A model generated the notes under the pieces. That model was not told the origin of the DNA. It did no database searches and saw only the letters and a program-made list of their open reading frames with translations. From NCBI GenBank assembly GCA_040218735.1, contig JAVJQW010000018.1:275455-339454 (forward strand): a stretch of DNA of 64,000 nt, written 5' to 3'. The position numbers and the translations under genes were made by a program. Each line of letters opens with the position of its first letter. Position 1 is the first letter of the stretch. The DNA is from Deltaproteobacteria bacterium (GTDB lineage: Bacteria > Myxococcota > Kuafuiibacteriia > Kuafuiibacteriales > Kuafuiibacteriaceae). This document shows positions 50,617-59,637 of the stretch, in pieces.

Positions 50617-51903
50617 GTGACGCGGCTCCTCGCCGTCCTCGCGCTCGCCGCGGCGGGTGCGTTCGTTTACTTCGTCCACGACTGGAGCGGCGCGTGGGTC
50701 CTCGGGCTCACCGACGACACGCGCCTGATCGTCGTGGCTATCGCCGCCGTCGCGGCGCCGCTGTTCCTCGCGGGTCTCGTTCGTTTCAATACCGCGCGCT
50801 GGTCGTTCGTGCGGGTGTTCCTCTTGCTCGCGATCCTCGTCGACGGGGGCGTCGCCGCGGCGCTCGCCACGCGCGGCCCACCGCCAAGTCATCCCGAGCC
50901 CGCGCCGCCGCCCGTCGCGCCACCTCCGGTCGCGCCGCCACCGCCGATCGCCGCGCCGCCCGACGTGAAGGTCCCGGCGCCCGTGCCGGAGCCGCCTCCG
51001 CCCGCGAAGGCCGACACCTTCTACCGCTACATCGTCGACGGTCAGGTCGTCGTCACCACGCGCATCGAAGACGTGCCCCCCGAGCACCGCGCCGCCGCCG
51101 AGATCACCACGATGGAGCGCGCCGACGACCCGAGCCCGCCGCCGGTGTCGCCGCGCGCGGCGCTGGTCGCCGATCGGTTGAACCTGCGGCGGCGTGCGCT
51201 CGGCCTCGCGCCCGTGACCGTCGACGCCAAGAAGACCGCCGGCGCCGCGGCGCACGCGGCGTACATCGCGGCGAACCACGCTTCGCTGTTCGAGGCCGGC
51301 CTCGCGCTGCACGACGAGGACGAATCACGTCCCGGCTACTCCGCGGCCGGCGCCCACGCCGGACGACACGCGGTGATCGCTCTGCAGGAAGGGCGACCGC
51401 GCGACGTCGTGGACCAGTGGATGGCGTCGTTCTTCCACCGCGTCCCGCTCGTACATCCCGGCCTCGAACGCGTCGGTGTGGGGTTCGCCGAGCGCGGCGG
51501 TCAGCGCATCTTCGTCGTCGACGTCGAGCCGGAGGCGGCGGCGTCGCGGGTGGTCGTCGTCCCCGCCGACGCCGCGCGCGACGTGCCGATCGCCTTCGCC
51601 GGACCCGAGCTCCCCAACCCCATCCCCAACGACGCCGACGGCGCCGGCGGCTACCCGATCACCGTGACGTTCCCGCCGACGACCAAGGTCGGTGGCGTCG
51701 TTGCGAAGCTCACCGATCTTGGTGCGCCGGTTCCCGCGTGGGTGTCGACGCCGGTCCTCCCCGCGGACGCGAAGGCCCAGCAGAATACCGTGTGCCTGAT
51801 CGCCAAGGACCCCCTCCGTCCCCGTACGCGCTACACGTTCGAGATGCGCGCGACCGTCGACGGACGGCCGTTCACGCTGAAGTCGACGTTCACGACGCGC
51901 TGA
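50617..51903 (+). CDS. Membrane protein with DUF4124-like, CAP/SCP and Ig-like domains
   Basis: 3 N-terminal TMs; FYRYIVDG...VPPEHR; LNLRRRALGL...AAAHAAY...WMASFFHRVPL...VGVG; PLRPRTRY. Confidence 0.75.
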   Translation: MTRLLAVLALAAAGAFVYFVHDWSGAWVLGLTDDTRLIVVAIAAVAAPLFLAGLVRFNTARWSFVRVFLLLAILVDGGVAAALATRGPPPSHPEPAPPPVAPPPVAPPPPIAAPPDVKVPAPVPEPPPPAKADTFYRYIVDGQVVVTTRIEDVPPEHRAAAEITTMERADDPSPPPVSPRAALVADRLNLRRRALGLAPVTVDAKKTAGAAAHAAYIAANHASLFEAGLALHDEDESRPGYSAAGAHAGRHAVIALQEGRPRDVVDQWMASFFHRVPLVHPGLERVGVGFAERGGQRIFVVDVEPEAAASRVVVVPADAARDVPIAFAGPELPNPIPNDADGAGGYPITVTFPPTTKVGGVVAKLTDLGAPVPAWVSTPVLPADAKAQQNTVCLIAKDPLRPRTRYTFEMRATVDGRPFTLKSTFTTR

Positions 51904-52534
51904 TCACGAGCCCCGCGAACACGTAGTCGTCGACCGTCACGAAGAAGCCCCGGTGCCGGCCCTCGATCGCGGGCGGCGTGGCCACGATCGGCTCGATCTC
52001 GAAGCCGTCGTCGAACAGCGCGACGTGCGCGTCCAGGAAGTCGAGCCGCAGCTGGGCGAGGGGCCACTGCGCCTTGAAGAACGCCTCCTTCGCGCAGAAC
52101 GCTCTCTTCGCGTCGAGGTCAGCGTTCGGTCCGAGCGACGCCCGCTCCGCTTCGGACAACACGAGCCGCGCCGTGCCCGGCGCGAGCGGCGTCCAGGGCT
52201 CGACGTCGACGCCGAGGCTCGTCGCCGCCTCGGTCACGGCGACCACACACAATCCACCCGCGTGTGCGATCGTCCCGCGTACGCCGGGCGGCCACGCCGG
52301 TGCGCGCGACGGCATGGAGGGGAGGGCGACGTCCGGCCCCAAGAGCGTGCGCGCGAGGCGTCGCCCCGCGGCGAAGTCATAGCGTCGCTTGGGCACCGCG
52401 CGCGCCACGTGCGGACGTTCCGCCTCCAGCAGGTCGTCGTCGCGCGCTTCGATGTCCGAGACGACGACACGAATCGCATCGCCGAAACGCTGCGACAGCA
52501 GCTGCGTCGCGCGCGCCGCTACTTCAGATACCAC
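51890..52534 (-). CDS. 4'-phosphopantetheinyl transferase (EntD-like)
   Basis: KRRYDFAAGR, PAWPPGVRGTIAH, LGVDVE, FCAKEAFFKA; GTG at 52534 overlaps the upstream gene end. Confidence 0.85.
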   Translation of the reverse strand: MVSEVAARATQLLSQRFGDAIRVVVSDIEARDDDLLEAERPHVARAVPKRRYDFAAGRRLARTLLGPDVALPSMPSRAPAWPPGVRGTIAHAGGLCVVAVTEAATSLGVDVEPWTPLAPGTARLVLSEAERASLGPNADLDAKRAFCAKEAFFKAQWPLAQLRLDFLDAHVALFDDGFEIEPIVATPPAIEGRHRGFFVTVDDYVFAGLVISAS

Positions 52535-54465
52535 CCGATGCTCACGTTGCCGGCGAAGTATTGGTCGGCCGCGCCGCCCGCGATCCACGGGTCGCCGGGC
52601 TCGGGGTTGAACGAATAGAAGAACCGCCGCATCGCGAAGCCCGCGTCCGCGTAGAAGCCGTACCCGAGGTCGTAGCTGACGCCGAGCTGTGCGTCGGCCG
52701 AGCCGACGGAGGCGCGCGGGAACCATTCGTCGTCGCGGATCTCCCCCGCGCCGAGCACGAGCCGGTAGGCGCCTTCGGCGCGGACGCTGATCTCGTCGGT
52801 CACGAAGAAACGCACGCGCCCGCCGAAGCGCGCGGTCACGTAGGTGACGCCCGGGACCTCGGCGGAGACGCCGTCGGCGTCCGCGATGGAGAACGTGTCG
52901 ACGCCCATCCCTACCAGCGCGCCGATCTCGTGCCGACCGAGCGGCAAGCGTGCGTAGCCACCCGCGTCGATCGTGATCGCGGAGGTGTCGAACACCGCGC
53001 CGGAGGCGTTCTGCGAGGAGAGCCCGAGGGCGTACTGCCCGGAGAGGTCCAGCGCGAAGTGCCGGTACCAGTCGTTCGTGAACAGCGCCGGGATGAACCA
53101 AGTGATCTGACCGCCGATCGCCGGAGCGCCGACGACCTCGTACGGGCGCAGCTCGCCGAAGATGTCGTCGTTGTACGAGAGGCTCCGCGAGAACAAACGG
53201 AAGTCGAGGCGGGCGACGATCGGCGACGTGCTCATCGACGCCGGCTCGCGCGGCCCTTCGGGCACTTCGGTCTTCGCCGTGGTCGATGCCTCCGAGGAGG
53301 AGCTGAGCGCCGACGGCGTGGACGCGACGCTTGGCGGTGGCGCCGCTGGCGGCGTGGGTGGCGGCGCGACCACGACGGGGGCTGCGACCTCCTCGGCAGG
53401 CACGCCCGTCTGCGGGAGCAGCCGCTCCAGCGCACGCTCGATCGCGCGCTGCAGACCCCGCTTGCTCCGGGAGATGAGGGCGACGGTGTCGATCGCCGCG
53501 CCCGTGCGTCCGTCGATCACCTTCAGCGTCGCGCGCTGACGGCGGCGTTGATAGCGCGCGTCGACGTCGAGGTAGGCGGTGATCTGGAGCGCCCGCGCGA
53601 GCGCGACGCGTCCCTCTTCAGATTCGAGGTCGGCGTCGATGCGCTGGGCCTCGGCGCGTGCGCTCTCGATGCGGATCTCTTCGTACGCGTCGTTTTTGTC
53701 CGTGAAGTCCGAGATCGCGTTCGTCGCGTAGCGCCGCGACCGCCCGCGCGCGGAGAGCACGACGATGCCCATCGGTCCGTCGAGTTGCGCTTCTTCGGCG
53801 GGCTCGGCCGCGGGCGGCGGCGGCGCCACGGGGGGCGGCGGCGCCACGGCGACGGGCGGGGGCGGCGGCGGCGGCGCGACGACTACGGGCGGCGGCGGTG
53901 GTGGCGGCGCTTCGACGGGCGCGGGAGGCGCTTCCTTGGGCGCCTCGGCGACGGCGGGGCTGGCTTCGGCCATGCGCTCGATCGTCGGCCCGACCTTCTT
54001 CCAGAACAGCTTCTTGATGAGGTGCGAGACGCGCGTGATCTTCTTCGAGCGCACCTTCCAGCGTTTGACGATCGTCTGCGTCGACACGTCGATCACTTCG
54101 ACCGTGACCTGCCACTTGCGCCCGTCGCGCCCGCTCGTCACGTAGAGCACGGAGGTGGCGCCGATCGACTGCGCGATCTTGCGGATGGCGGTCGCGTCCG
54201 AGGGCGAAGCGCCGACGCGGCTCGCCGCCGACTTCCAGTCGTCGTAACTCGCGAGCTCCGCCTTGCCCGACGTGCTCTGCTTGAGCGCCTTCGCGACGCT
54301 CGCCTTGAGCGCGCCCTCGAGCTTGCCGACCGCGATCTTCGGCGCGGCCGAAGCCGTGCCCGCGCAGCCGAGGCCGAGGAGCACGAGCGCTGCGGCGCGC
54401 AGCGCGCTCAAGGGTGGCCTCGCAGCGCGCTCGCGTTGGTGCCGGTCACGGCTTCGAACACCCAC
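52519..54465 (-). CDS. Outer-membrane protein: two alpha/beta periplasmic domains, Pro-rich linkers, C-terminal beta-barrel
   Basis: Signal-like LVLLGLGCAGTASA; repeated domain ending V.VID..T; amphipathic beta strands ending NVSIGWYLK; start uncertain. Confidence 0.7.
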   Translation of the reverse strand: MGVRSRDRHQRERAARPPLSALRAAALVLLGLGCAGTASAAPKIAVGKLEGALKASVAKALKQSTSGKAELASYDDWKSAASRVGASPSDATAIRKIAQSIGATSVLYVTSGRDGRKWQVTVEVIDVSTQTIVKRWKVRSKKITRVSHLIKKLFWKKVGPTIERMAEASPAVAEAPKEAPPAPVEAPPPPPPPVVVAPPPPPPPVAVAPPPPVAPPPPAAEPAEEAQLDGPMGIVVLSARGRSRRYATNAISDFTDKNDAYEEIRIESARAEAQRIDADLESEEGRVALARALQITAYLDVDARYQRRRQRATLKVIDGRTGAAIDTVALISRSKRGLQRAIERALERLLPQTGVPAEEVAAPVVVAPPPTPPAAPPPSVASTPSALSSSSEASTTAKTEVPEGPREPASMSTSPIVARLDFRLFSRSLSYNDDIFGELRPYEVVGAPAIGGQITWFIPALFTNDWYRHFALDLSGQYALGLSSQNASGAVFDTSAITIDAGGYARLPLGRHEIGALVGMGVDTFSIADADGVSAEVPGVTYVTARFGGRVRFFVTDEISVRAEGAYRLVLGAGEIRDDEWFPRASVGSADAQLGVSYDLGYGFYADAGFAMRRFFYSFNPEPGDPWIAGGAADQYFAGNVSIGWYLK

Positions 54466-54860
54466 GCGCGCAGGCAGTTGCGTTCGTCGGCGGGGAGCAC
54501 GTCACCGCCGAGCGGCATGCGCAGCCCGCACTCCGGCGTGTCCTGCACGCGGTCGAGGAGCTGACTGCCGTCGGGGGCATCGGACTGGATCAGCGCGCGT
54601 CCGTTACAAGCGCGGCCGGGTACGTCGATCAGTCGCTGCAAAACGTCGGGGCTCTCGAGGTCGAGTCCGGCCGCCGGCGCGGCGCCGGAGTTGTGGCAGT
54701 CCATGCCGCCACACTTCGCCTGTAGGACGTCGCGTTCGACGTCGATGTTCAGCTCACACGTCACACCCGCGAAGCGGTCCGGGTTCTCGAGCGAGCCCGG
54801 GCACCCGGAGGTGAGGACCACGCAGGTGAGGAAGACGATCTGGCCGTAGGCGCGACGCAT
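54408..54860 (-). CDS. Lipoprotein with atypical CX4CH putative heme-c motif
   Basis: Lipobox LTSGC; KCGGMDCH; downstream RMP (possible axial Met); CLRAWV C-terminal helix. Confidence 0.7.
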   Translation of the reverse strand: MRRAYGQIVFLTCVVLTSGCPGSLENPDRFAGVTCELNIDVERDVLQAKCGGMDCHNSGAAPAAGLDLESPDVLQRLIDVPGRACNGRALIQSDAPDGSQLLDRVQDTPECGLRMPLGGDVLPADERNCLRAWVFEAVTGTNASALRGHP

Positions 54861-54955
54861 CGATCGGCCCCGATCGACTCGCATTTGGGGGGTCCAGTCA
54901 AATCGCTGGCCCGTTGAGGTGCACGCGGAAGTGTGGGAACAATGCGCGCCGTTCG

Positions 54956-55537
54956 ATGATGACCCGTACGCTCTCGGTGCTCGGCCTCGCGTTGCTCACG
55001 TTCGGATGTAGCTCGACGTTGCCCTTCGTGTGGGTTCACGACCTCCCGCGGGACGACAACCCCGCGCGGATCCGCCCCGGCGACGCCATCTCCGTGGTGG
55101 TGAAGAACCAAAAGCAGCTCACCGGGGAGTTCAAGGTCGGACAGCAGGGCACCTACGTGCAGCCCCTCGTCGGGACGATCCGCGTCGCCGGTCTCACGCC
55201 CGCCGAGGCCGCCCAGCAGCTCGCCGCCCAGCTCGACGGCATCGTGGTGGACCCGCTGGTATCCGTCGCGATCACCCAGCCGGCCGACCTCACGATCGGC
55301 ATCCTGGGCGAGGTGAAGAAACCCGGCACCCTCCAGGTCCCCTACGGCACGAACATGCTCGACATCATGGCGCGCGTCGGTGGGCTCACGCAGTTCGCCG
55401 ACACCGAGGCCATCTTCGTCATCCGTGCGAAGCCGCGCCCTGTTCGAATTCGATTCAAGTACGACTTCCTGATCGGCGGGGACCCCCGCAGCCTGTCGTT
55501 CCCGCTGCGCGACGGCGATGTCGTGCATGTAGAGTAG
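54956..55537 (+). CDS. Short OPX/Wza-family polysaccharide export lipoprotein (EpsY-like, no C-terminal OM helix)
   Basis: Lipobox TFGC; IRPGDAISV, PLVGTIRVAGLT (PES motif), SLBB GEVKKPG..GGLTQFAD; ends LRDGDVVHVE. Confidence 0.9.
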   Translation: MMTRTLSVLGLALLTFGCSSTLPFVWVHDLPRDDNPARIRPGDAISVVVKNQKQLTGEFKVGQQGTYVQPLVGTIRVAGLTPAEAAQQLAAQLDGIVVDPLVSVAITQPADLTIGILGEVKKPGTLQVPYGTNMLDIMARVGGLTQFADTEAIFVIRAKPRPVRIRFKYDFLIGGDPRSLSFPLRDGDVVHVE

Positions 55538-55542
55538 CCCTG

Positions 55543-56787
55543 ATGGCGACCTTGTCCGTCGCGGTGATGCTCACGCTCGGCGCGGCGGTCGGCGTCGGTG
55601 CGACCGCGGGTGTGCGCACCGAGACGCGCGCCGGGCTCATCCCGAACGGCGCCGAGACCACGTCCGATCCCTCGCTCGACTTCGTCCTCACGCCGAGCGG
55701 GAGCCTCTCGCTGTCGCGCGGCGACTCCGCGTTCACCGCGAGTTACAACGTGCGGCTCCTGCGCCGCTTCTTCGTCGACACGATCGACCGCTTCATCCTC
55801 CTGCACAACGCCAACGTCGGGTACGGCGACACGTTCGGTCGCGGCTGGCGCTTGAACGCGAGCCTGTCCGGCACCGTCGGCGAGGTCGACTACGCGGGTC
55901 AGACCGCGGCGGCGACGCCGCAGGCGCAGACCGGCAACAACCCGGTCGTGCAGAACAACGGCAACGCGGTGAACGCTCCGATCGTCCCGTTGCTGAACGT
56001 CTCCGGTGTGATGGCGCTGAACGGGGCGGTCGGCCGCAACCACGGCCTCGGCTTCAACGTCACGGTGAACCACCTGCGCGCCATCGGCACGCCGGTGAAC
56101 CAGGGCGAGACCTTCTCGGACACCCTCGGGGCGGGCTTCGGCACGAGTTACCGCTACACCGCGTCGGCGCGGCTCGGTTTCGTCGCGGGCGCGGGCGTCA
56201 ACTTCACGACGTTCAACGATCCCGACGGTATGGGGAGCGAGAACTTCGGGTCGGGCAACGCGAGCGTCGGCGTGACGTATCAGTTCTCGGCCACGAGCGG
56301 CGCCGGCCTGCAGCTCGGCGCGTTGGTCTCGGACGGGACCGGTGGTTTCCTCGCGTCGCCGACCGGCACGCTGACGTACAACGTGAACTTCTCGAACACC
56401 GCCGCGCTCCGCATCGATGGTCGCGCGCAGGCGCGCGTCGACGGCCAGCCGAACCAGGTGACGGAGACGTTCGACCCGCGCTTTTCGTCGATCGTCTCGG
56501 TCGGCGGGACGATCGGATCGGACTGGACGGTGCGCATCGAAGGGCAGTTCACGACGCCGCTCCCGATCGACCCCACCAACGCGCCGCCCATGAACGAAGA
56601 GGCGACGACCACCTTCATCGGCGGCGCCATCCCGATCACCTACCGCATCAACGAAACCGTCGATGCGTCGTTCGGCGTTCGCGCGCAGGTCCAGGGACCG
56701 CGCCTCGACGCCGAGACGTTCACCCTCGTCTCTCCGAGCATCACCGGGTTCGTCGCGATCTCCGCGACGGTCGGGACGGGGAGCTGA
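55543..56787 (+). CDS. Outer-membrane beta-barrel protein (EpsX-like partner of the OPX)
   Basis: Continuous amphipathic beta-strand pattern, Gly/Ser/Thr/Asn-rich; starts 5 nt after the OPX stop. Confidence 0.7.
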   Translation: MATLSVAVMLTLGAAVGVGATAGVRTETRAGLIPNGAETTSDPSLDFVLTPSGSLSLSRGDSAFTASYNVRLLRRFFVDTIDRFILLHNANVGYGDTFGRGWRLNASLSGTVGEVDYAGQTAAATPQAQTGNNPVVQNNGNAVNAPIVPLLNVSGVMALNGAVGRNHGLGFNVTVNHLRAIGTPVNQGETFSDTLGAGFGTSYRYTASARLGFVAGAGVNFTTFNDPDGMGSENFGSGNASVGVTYQFSATSGAGLQLGALVSDGTGGFLASPTGTLTYNVNFSNTAALRIDGRAQARVDGQPNQVTETFDPRFSSIVSVGGTIGSDWTVRIEGQFTTPLPIDPTNAPPMNEEATTTFIGGAIPITYRINETVDASFGVRAQVQGPRLDAETFTLVSPSITGFVAISATVGTGS

Positions 56788-56818
56788 AACCGATCTTCGA
56801 AACAGGAGGACCACGAAG

Positions 56819-57157
56819 ATGATCGAGCTGATCTGCAAGAAGACCTGAAGCACCTGTCGCAAGGCGGTCGCCTTGCTCGACGAACGCGGCATCGAATACC
56901 GCTACCGCGAGTACACCCAAGAACCGCTCGACGCCGCGGAGGTGAAGCGCGTCCTGAAGAAGCTGGGCCTCGGCCCCAAGGACGTCCTTCGCAAGAACGA
57001 CAAGGCCTACAAGGAGCTGGGCCTGACCGGCGACGAGTCCGACGCCGAGCTCATCGCGCACATGGGCGAGCACCCCACGCTGCTGCAGCGTCCGATCGGG
57101 GTGAAGGGGAACAAGGCCGTCGTGGGACGACCGGTCGAGAATCTACTGGAGCTGTGA
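56819..57157 (+). CDS. arsC: ArsC-family arsenate-reductase-like selenoprotein (UGA at 56846-56848 read as Sec; UxxC)
   Basis: RBS AGGAGGA at 56804-56810; MIELICKKT-TGA-STCRKAVALL continues in frame into ORF 56873-57157; conserved LRK, QRP and GRP arginines. Confidence 0.8.
56856..56881 (+). promoter_or_regulatory. Bacterial SECIS-like hairpin
   Basis: GTCG-CAAGGC-[GGTC]-GCCTTG-CT-CGAC; apical loop starts with G, 17 nt after the UGA. Confidence 0.75.
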
Positions 57158-59260
57158 CGGCTTCTTCGTCGCTTTGACGAGCGCCTTCGTCACCACGTCC
57201 GGCCGCCGCCGAAGCTCGCGCAGCGCCGCGAGGATCAGCCCGAACACCAAGCCACCGCCGAAGCCGACGCCGGCCTTCTGCATCACCTTCTTGCGCATCG
57301 GCACGTACTCGAGGCTGACCGGGCTGATGATGTCGTAGCGCGCCGCCGCCTGCGTCTTTTCGAGGTCGTACTGCAGCTCGGCGAACTGCAGGCGCTCGTA
57401 GATCTTCGCGTACAGCTCCTGCACGGTGCCGTAGTTGCGCGTGAGCTCGGCGTAGCGGGCTTCGAGCTCCGGCAGCCGCTTCACGAGCCTCTCCGACTTC
57501 TCGATCTCCTTCAGCACTTCCTTGCGCTGGTTGTACGACGCGCTGCGCGCGACCTCGAGCGTGCGGATCTCGTTCGTGATGGCGTCGTAGAGCGGGTTGC
57601 GCCGGCGCTCGATCTCCTTGTCGGAAGACGTCGTCTGCGAGAGGCGCCCCAGCTCCTCCTTGCGCCGCTCGAGCGCGATGATGTCCGGGTGCTGGTCGCC
57701 CTTGCCGTCGGCGCGCGCCTTGATGATCTCGCGGTTCACCTCGATCAACTCGGAGCGGTACGGCGTCGACTGCAGACGACGCGCCTCGACGAGCGGGGCC
57801 TCGCTCTTGAGCCGGCGCGCGTTCATCGCGATCTGCGCGTTGAGCTTGAGCTCCTGCATCTTCGCGTCGGAGAGCGACTGCTTCAGCCCGAACAGGCGGT
57901 CGTAGTGCGAGCGCGCCTGCTCCGGTAGGCCATCGAGGTTCTTGCGCTTGAACTCGAGCCGCTCGGACTCCGTGCGGCGGAGCTCCTTTTCGCGCTCGGC
58001 GAGCTGCGCACGCAGGAAGTCGACCTGGCCCTGGATGACCTGGAGCGTCTTCTCGATCTCCGTGCGCAGGTACACGTCGACGTGTTTCTTCAGGTAGCGC
58101 TGCGCGTCGTCGCCGGTCGGTGCGGTGTACGAGCCGCGGTACGTGTTCGGCACCGGCGGCCCGACGCTCGCGAAGTCGAGGCGCTCCTGGATCGACGCGA
58201 TGAGTCCGGGCGTGATCGCCTCTTCGGGCTCACCGAACTCGGCGAGGGTCTTGCGAATCAGGCTGGAGCTCTTGAAGTTCTGCTCCGCCGACTTGAAGAA
58301 CGCGATGTTGCCGGACGCGATGCGGCCGATCGGGTTCTCGGTGATGCCGGGGACGAGGTTGACCTCGAACACCGCCTTCTTCATCGGCGGGTTCAGCAGG
58401 AAGATACCGGCCATGATCGCCGCGCCGACGAAGCCGCACGCGAGGATCGACTTCCAGTACGGACGGAAGAAGTTGTAGACGAGCTGCACCTTCTCGATCA
58501 CGTCCGCGATCGTGATGCCTCCGCCTTCCTCCTCTTCGTCGGCGTAGTAGGCCTGCCGCTCCTCGACCGCCGGTCCGCCGAGCGCGCCCGGGTTCGAGCG
58601 CGAAGGCAGCGGAGCCTGCGGCGGCACGCTCGCGACCGCGTGCTGCGGTGCGCGCGCGACGTGGGAGTTGGAACCCGGGATCCCGCGCCCCGTACGGTGC
58701 ACGTGGACCGGTGACTCCGCAGCCTCGACTTGTGTGCCACCGTTGCGCGGTGCGTTCGGCGTCGGCGTGGGCGTCGGCTCCTCGTAACGCCGCGCGCGGT
58801 TGAGCGCCTGCTGCGCGCCCGCGCGCAGCGAAGCCGGCACCGCATCGGCGTTGTCCGACGGCGGCGCAGTATTCGCGTTGACGTTGATCGTGAGCTTGCG
58901 CTCCTCGTACGAGAGGTACTCGAACACCGTCTCGCCGACCTGCACGAGGTCGCCGTCCTTCAGGCGCGCCTCACGCACGCGCTCGTTGTTGACGTACGTG
59001 CCGTTCGTCGAGTCGAGGTCGTAGAGGAAGTGGCCACCCTGACCCGTGATGATCTTGGCGTGCTGCTGGGATACGCGTTCGTCGACAACCGGGATCTCGA
59101 CGTTCGCAGAGCGGCCAATGGTGTGTTCTTGCCGATCCAGCGCGAAGCGCCGTCCGATGTTCTTCCCCGAGCATACCCAAAGGTGTGCCTCGCCCGGCGC
59201 GCTCGCCTGGCCGGGGCCGTTCAGAATCGCCATGCCTTTGGGGTTCATGGACGTGTCCAT
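57143..59260 (-). CDS. Polysaccharide co-polymerase (Wzc/GumC-like, no BY-kinase domain) fused to an N-terminal FHA domain
   Basis: FHA (TIGRS, VSQQHA, STNGT, LKDGDLVQVG); TM1 YWKSILACGF; long coiled coil with LEFKRKN, HPDII, LPELEARYAELTR; TM2 near the C-terminus. Confidence 0.85.
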   Translation of the reverse strand: MDTSMNPKGMAILNGPGQASAPGEAHLWVCSGKNIGRRFALDRQEHTIGRSANVEIPVVDERVSQQHAKIITGQGGHFLYDLDSTNGTYVNNERVREARLKDGDLVQVGETVFEYLSYEERKLTINVNANTAPPSDNADAVPASLRAGAQQALNRARRYEEPTPTPTPNAPRNGGTQVEAAESPVHVHRTGRGIPGSNSHVARAPQHAVASVPPQAPLPSRSNPGALGGPAVEERQAYYADEEEEGGGITIADVIEKVQLVYNFFRPYWKSILACGFVGAAIMAGIFLLNPPMKKAVFEVNLVPGITENPIGRIASGNIAFFKSAEQNFKSSSLIRKTLAEFGEPEEAITPGLIASIQERLDFASVGPPVPNTYRGSYTAPTGDDAQRYLKKHVDVYLRTEIEKTLQVIQGQVDFLRAQLAEREKELRRTESERLEFKRKNLDGLPEQARSHYDRLFGLKQSLSDAKMQELKLNAQIAMNARRLKSEAPLVEARRLQSTPYRSELIEVNREIIKARADGKGDQHPDIIALERRKEELGRLSQTTSSDKEIERRRNPLYDAITNEIRTLEVARSASYNQRKEVLKEIEKSERLVKRLPELEARYAELTRNYGTVQELYAKIYERLQFAELQYDLEKTQAAARYDIISPVSLEYVPMRKKVMQKAGVGFGGGLVFGLILAALRELRRRPDVVTKALVKATKKPSQLQ

Positions 59261-59345
59261 CTCAGAGTCTCGTCGCGGTCGCGCCAATCTGCAAGCTGGG
59301 GGTTTTGGCCGAAGGCCGCCCCCGCGATCGTGTACAACGAACGAG

Positions 59346-59403
59346 ACACCGGATCGGGTCCCGGAAATTCCGGTGTACGAAATCCATACACCGGCGGTGT
59401 ATG
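59346..59403. promoter_or_regulatory. Cluster of inverted repeats (ACACC/GGTGT half sites), candidate operators
   Basis: ACACCGGA(59346-53)...TCCGGTGT(59369-76); CCGGAA-A-TTCCGG(59361-73); CATACACC-GGC-GGTGTATG(59385-59403). Confidence 0.5.
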
Positions 59404-59411
59404 CATGAGTC

Positions 59412-59439
59412 GGAACTTGTTGCCACGTTTCAGTTCTGA
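59412..59439 (+). promoter_or_regulatory. ECF (sigmaE/AlgU-type) promoter
   Basis: GGAACTT-N16-TCTGA, an exact match to the RpoE/AlgU consensus, upstream of the priming glycosyltransferase. Confidence 0.6.
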
Positions 59440-59637
59440 AAGAGTCCGCCCGTTCCGGGCCGTCACAGAAGCGACCCACGACACACTCATGAGCACGATC
59501 CCAGGCGTCGGTGGGGAGGGTTCCGCGGGGCGGGGCCGTACCAATGAACAGGACATCGACGCAGCCCGCTCGGGGCGGCGTCGCGGGATCGAGGACGGAG
59601 GCCGCTCGGGCGGACCTCGGGGAGTTCGAAGCGGGCG

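Noticed and set aside
56873-57157. ORF-track 94-aa protein starting at TTG, or an arsC pseudogene
   Set aside because: It would lack the catalytic N-terminus; the RBS, in-frame ATG and SECIS-like hairpin favour Sec read-through, pending confirmation of sel genes.
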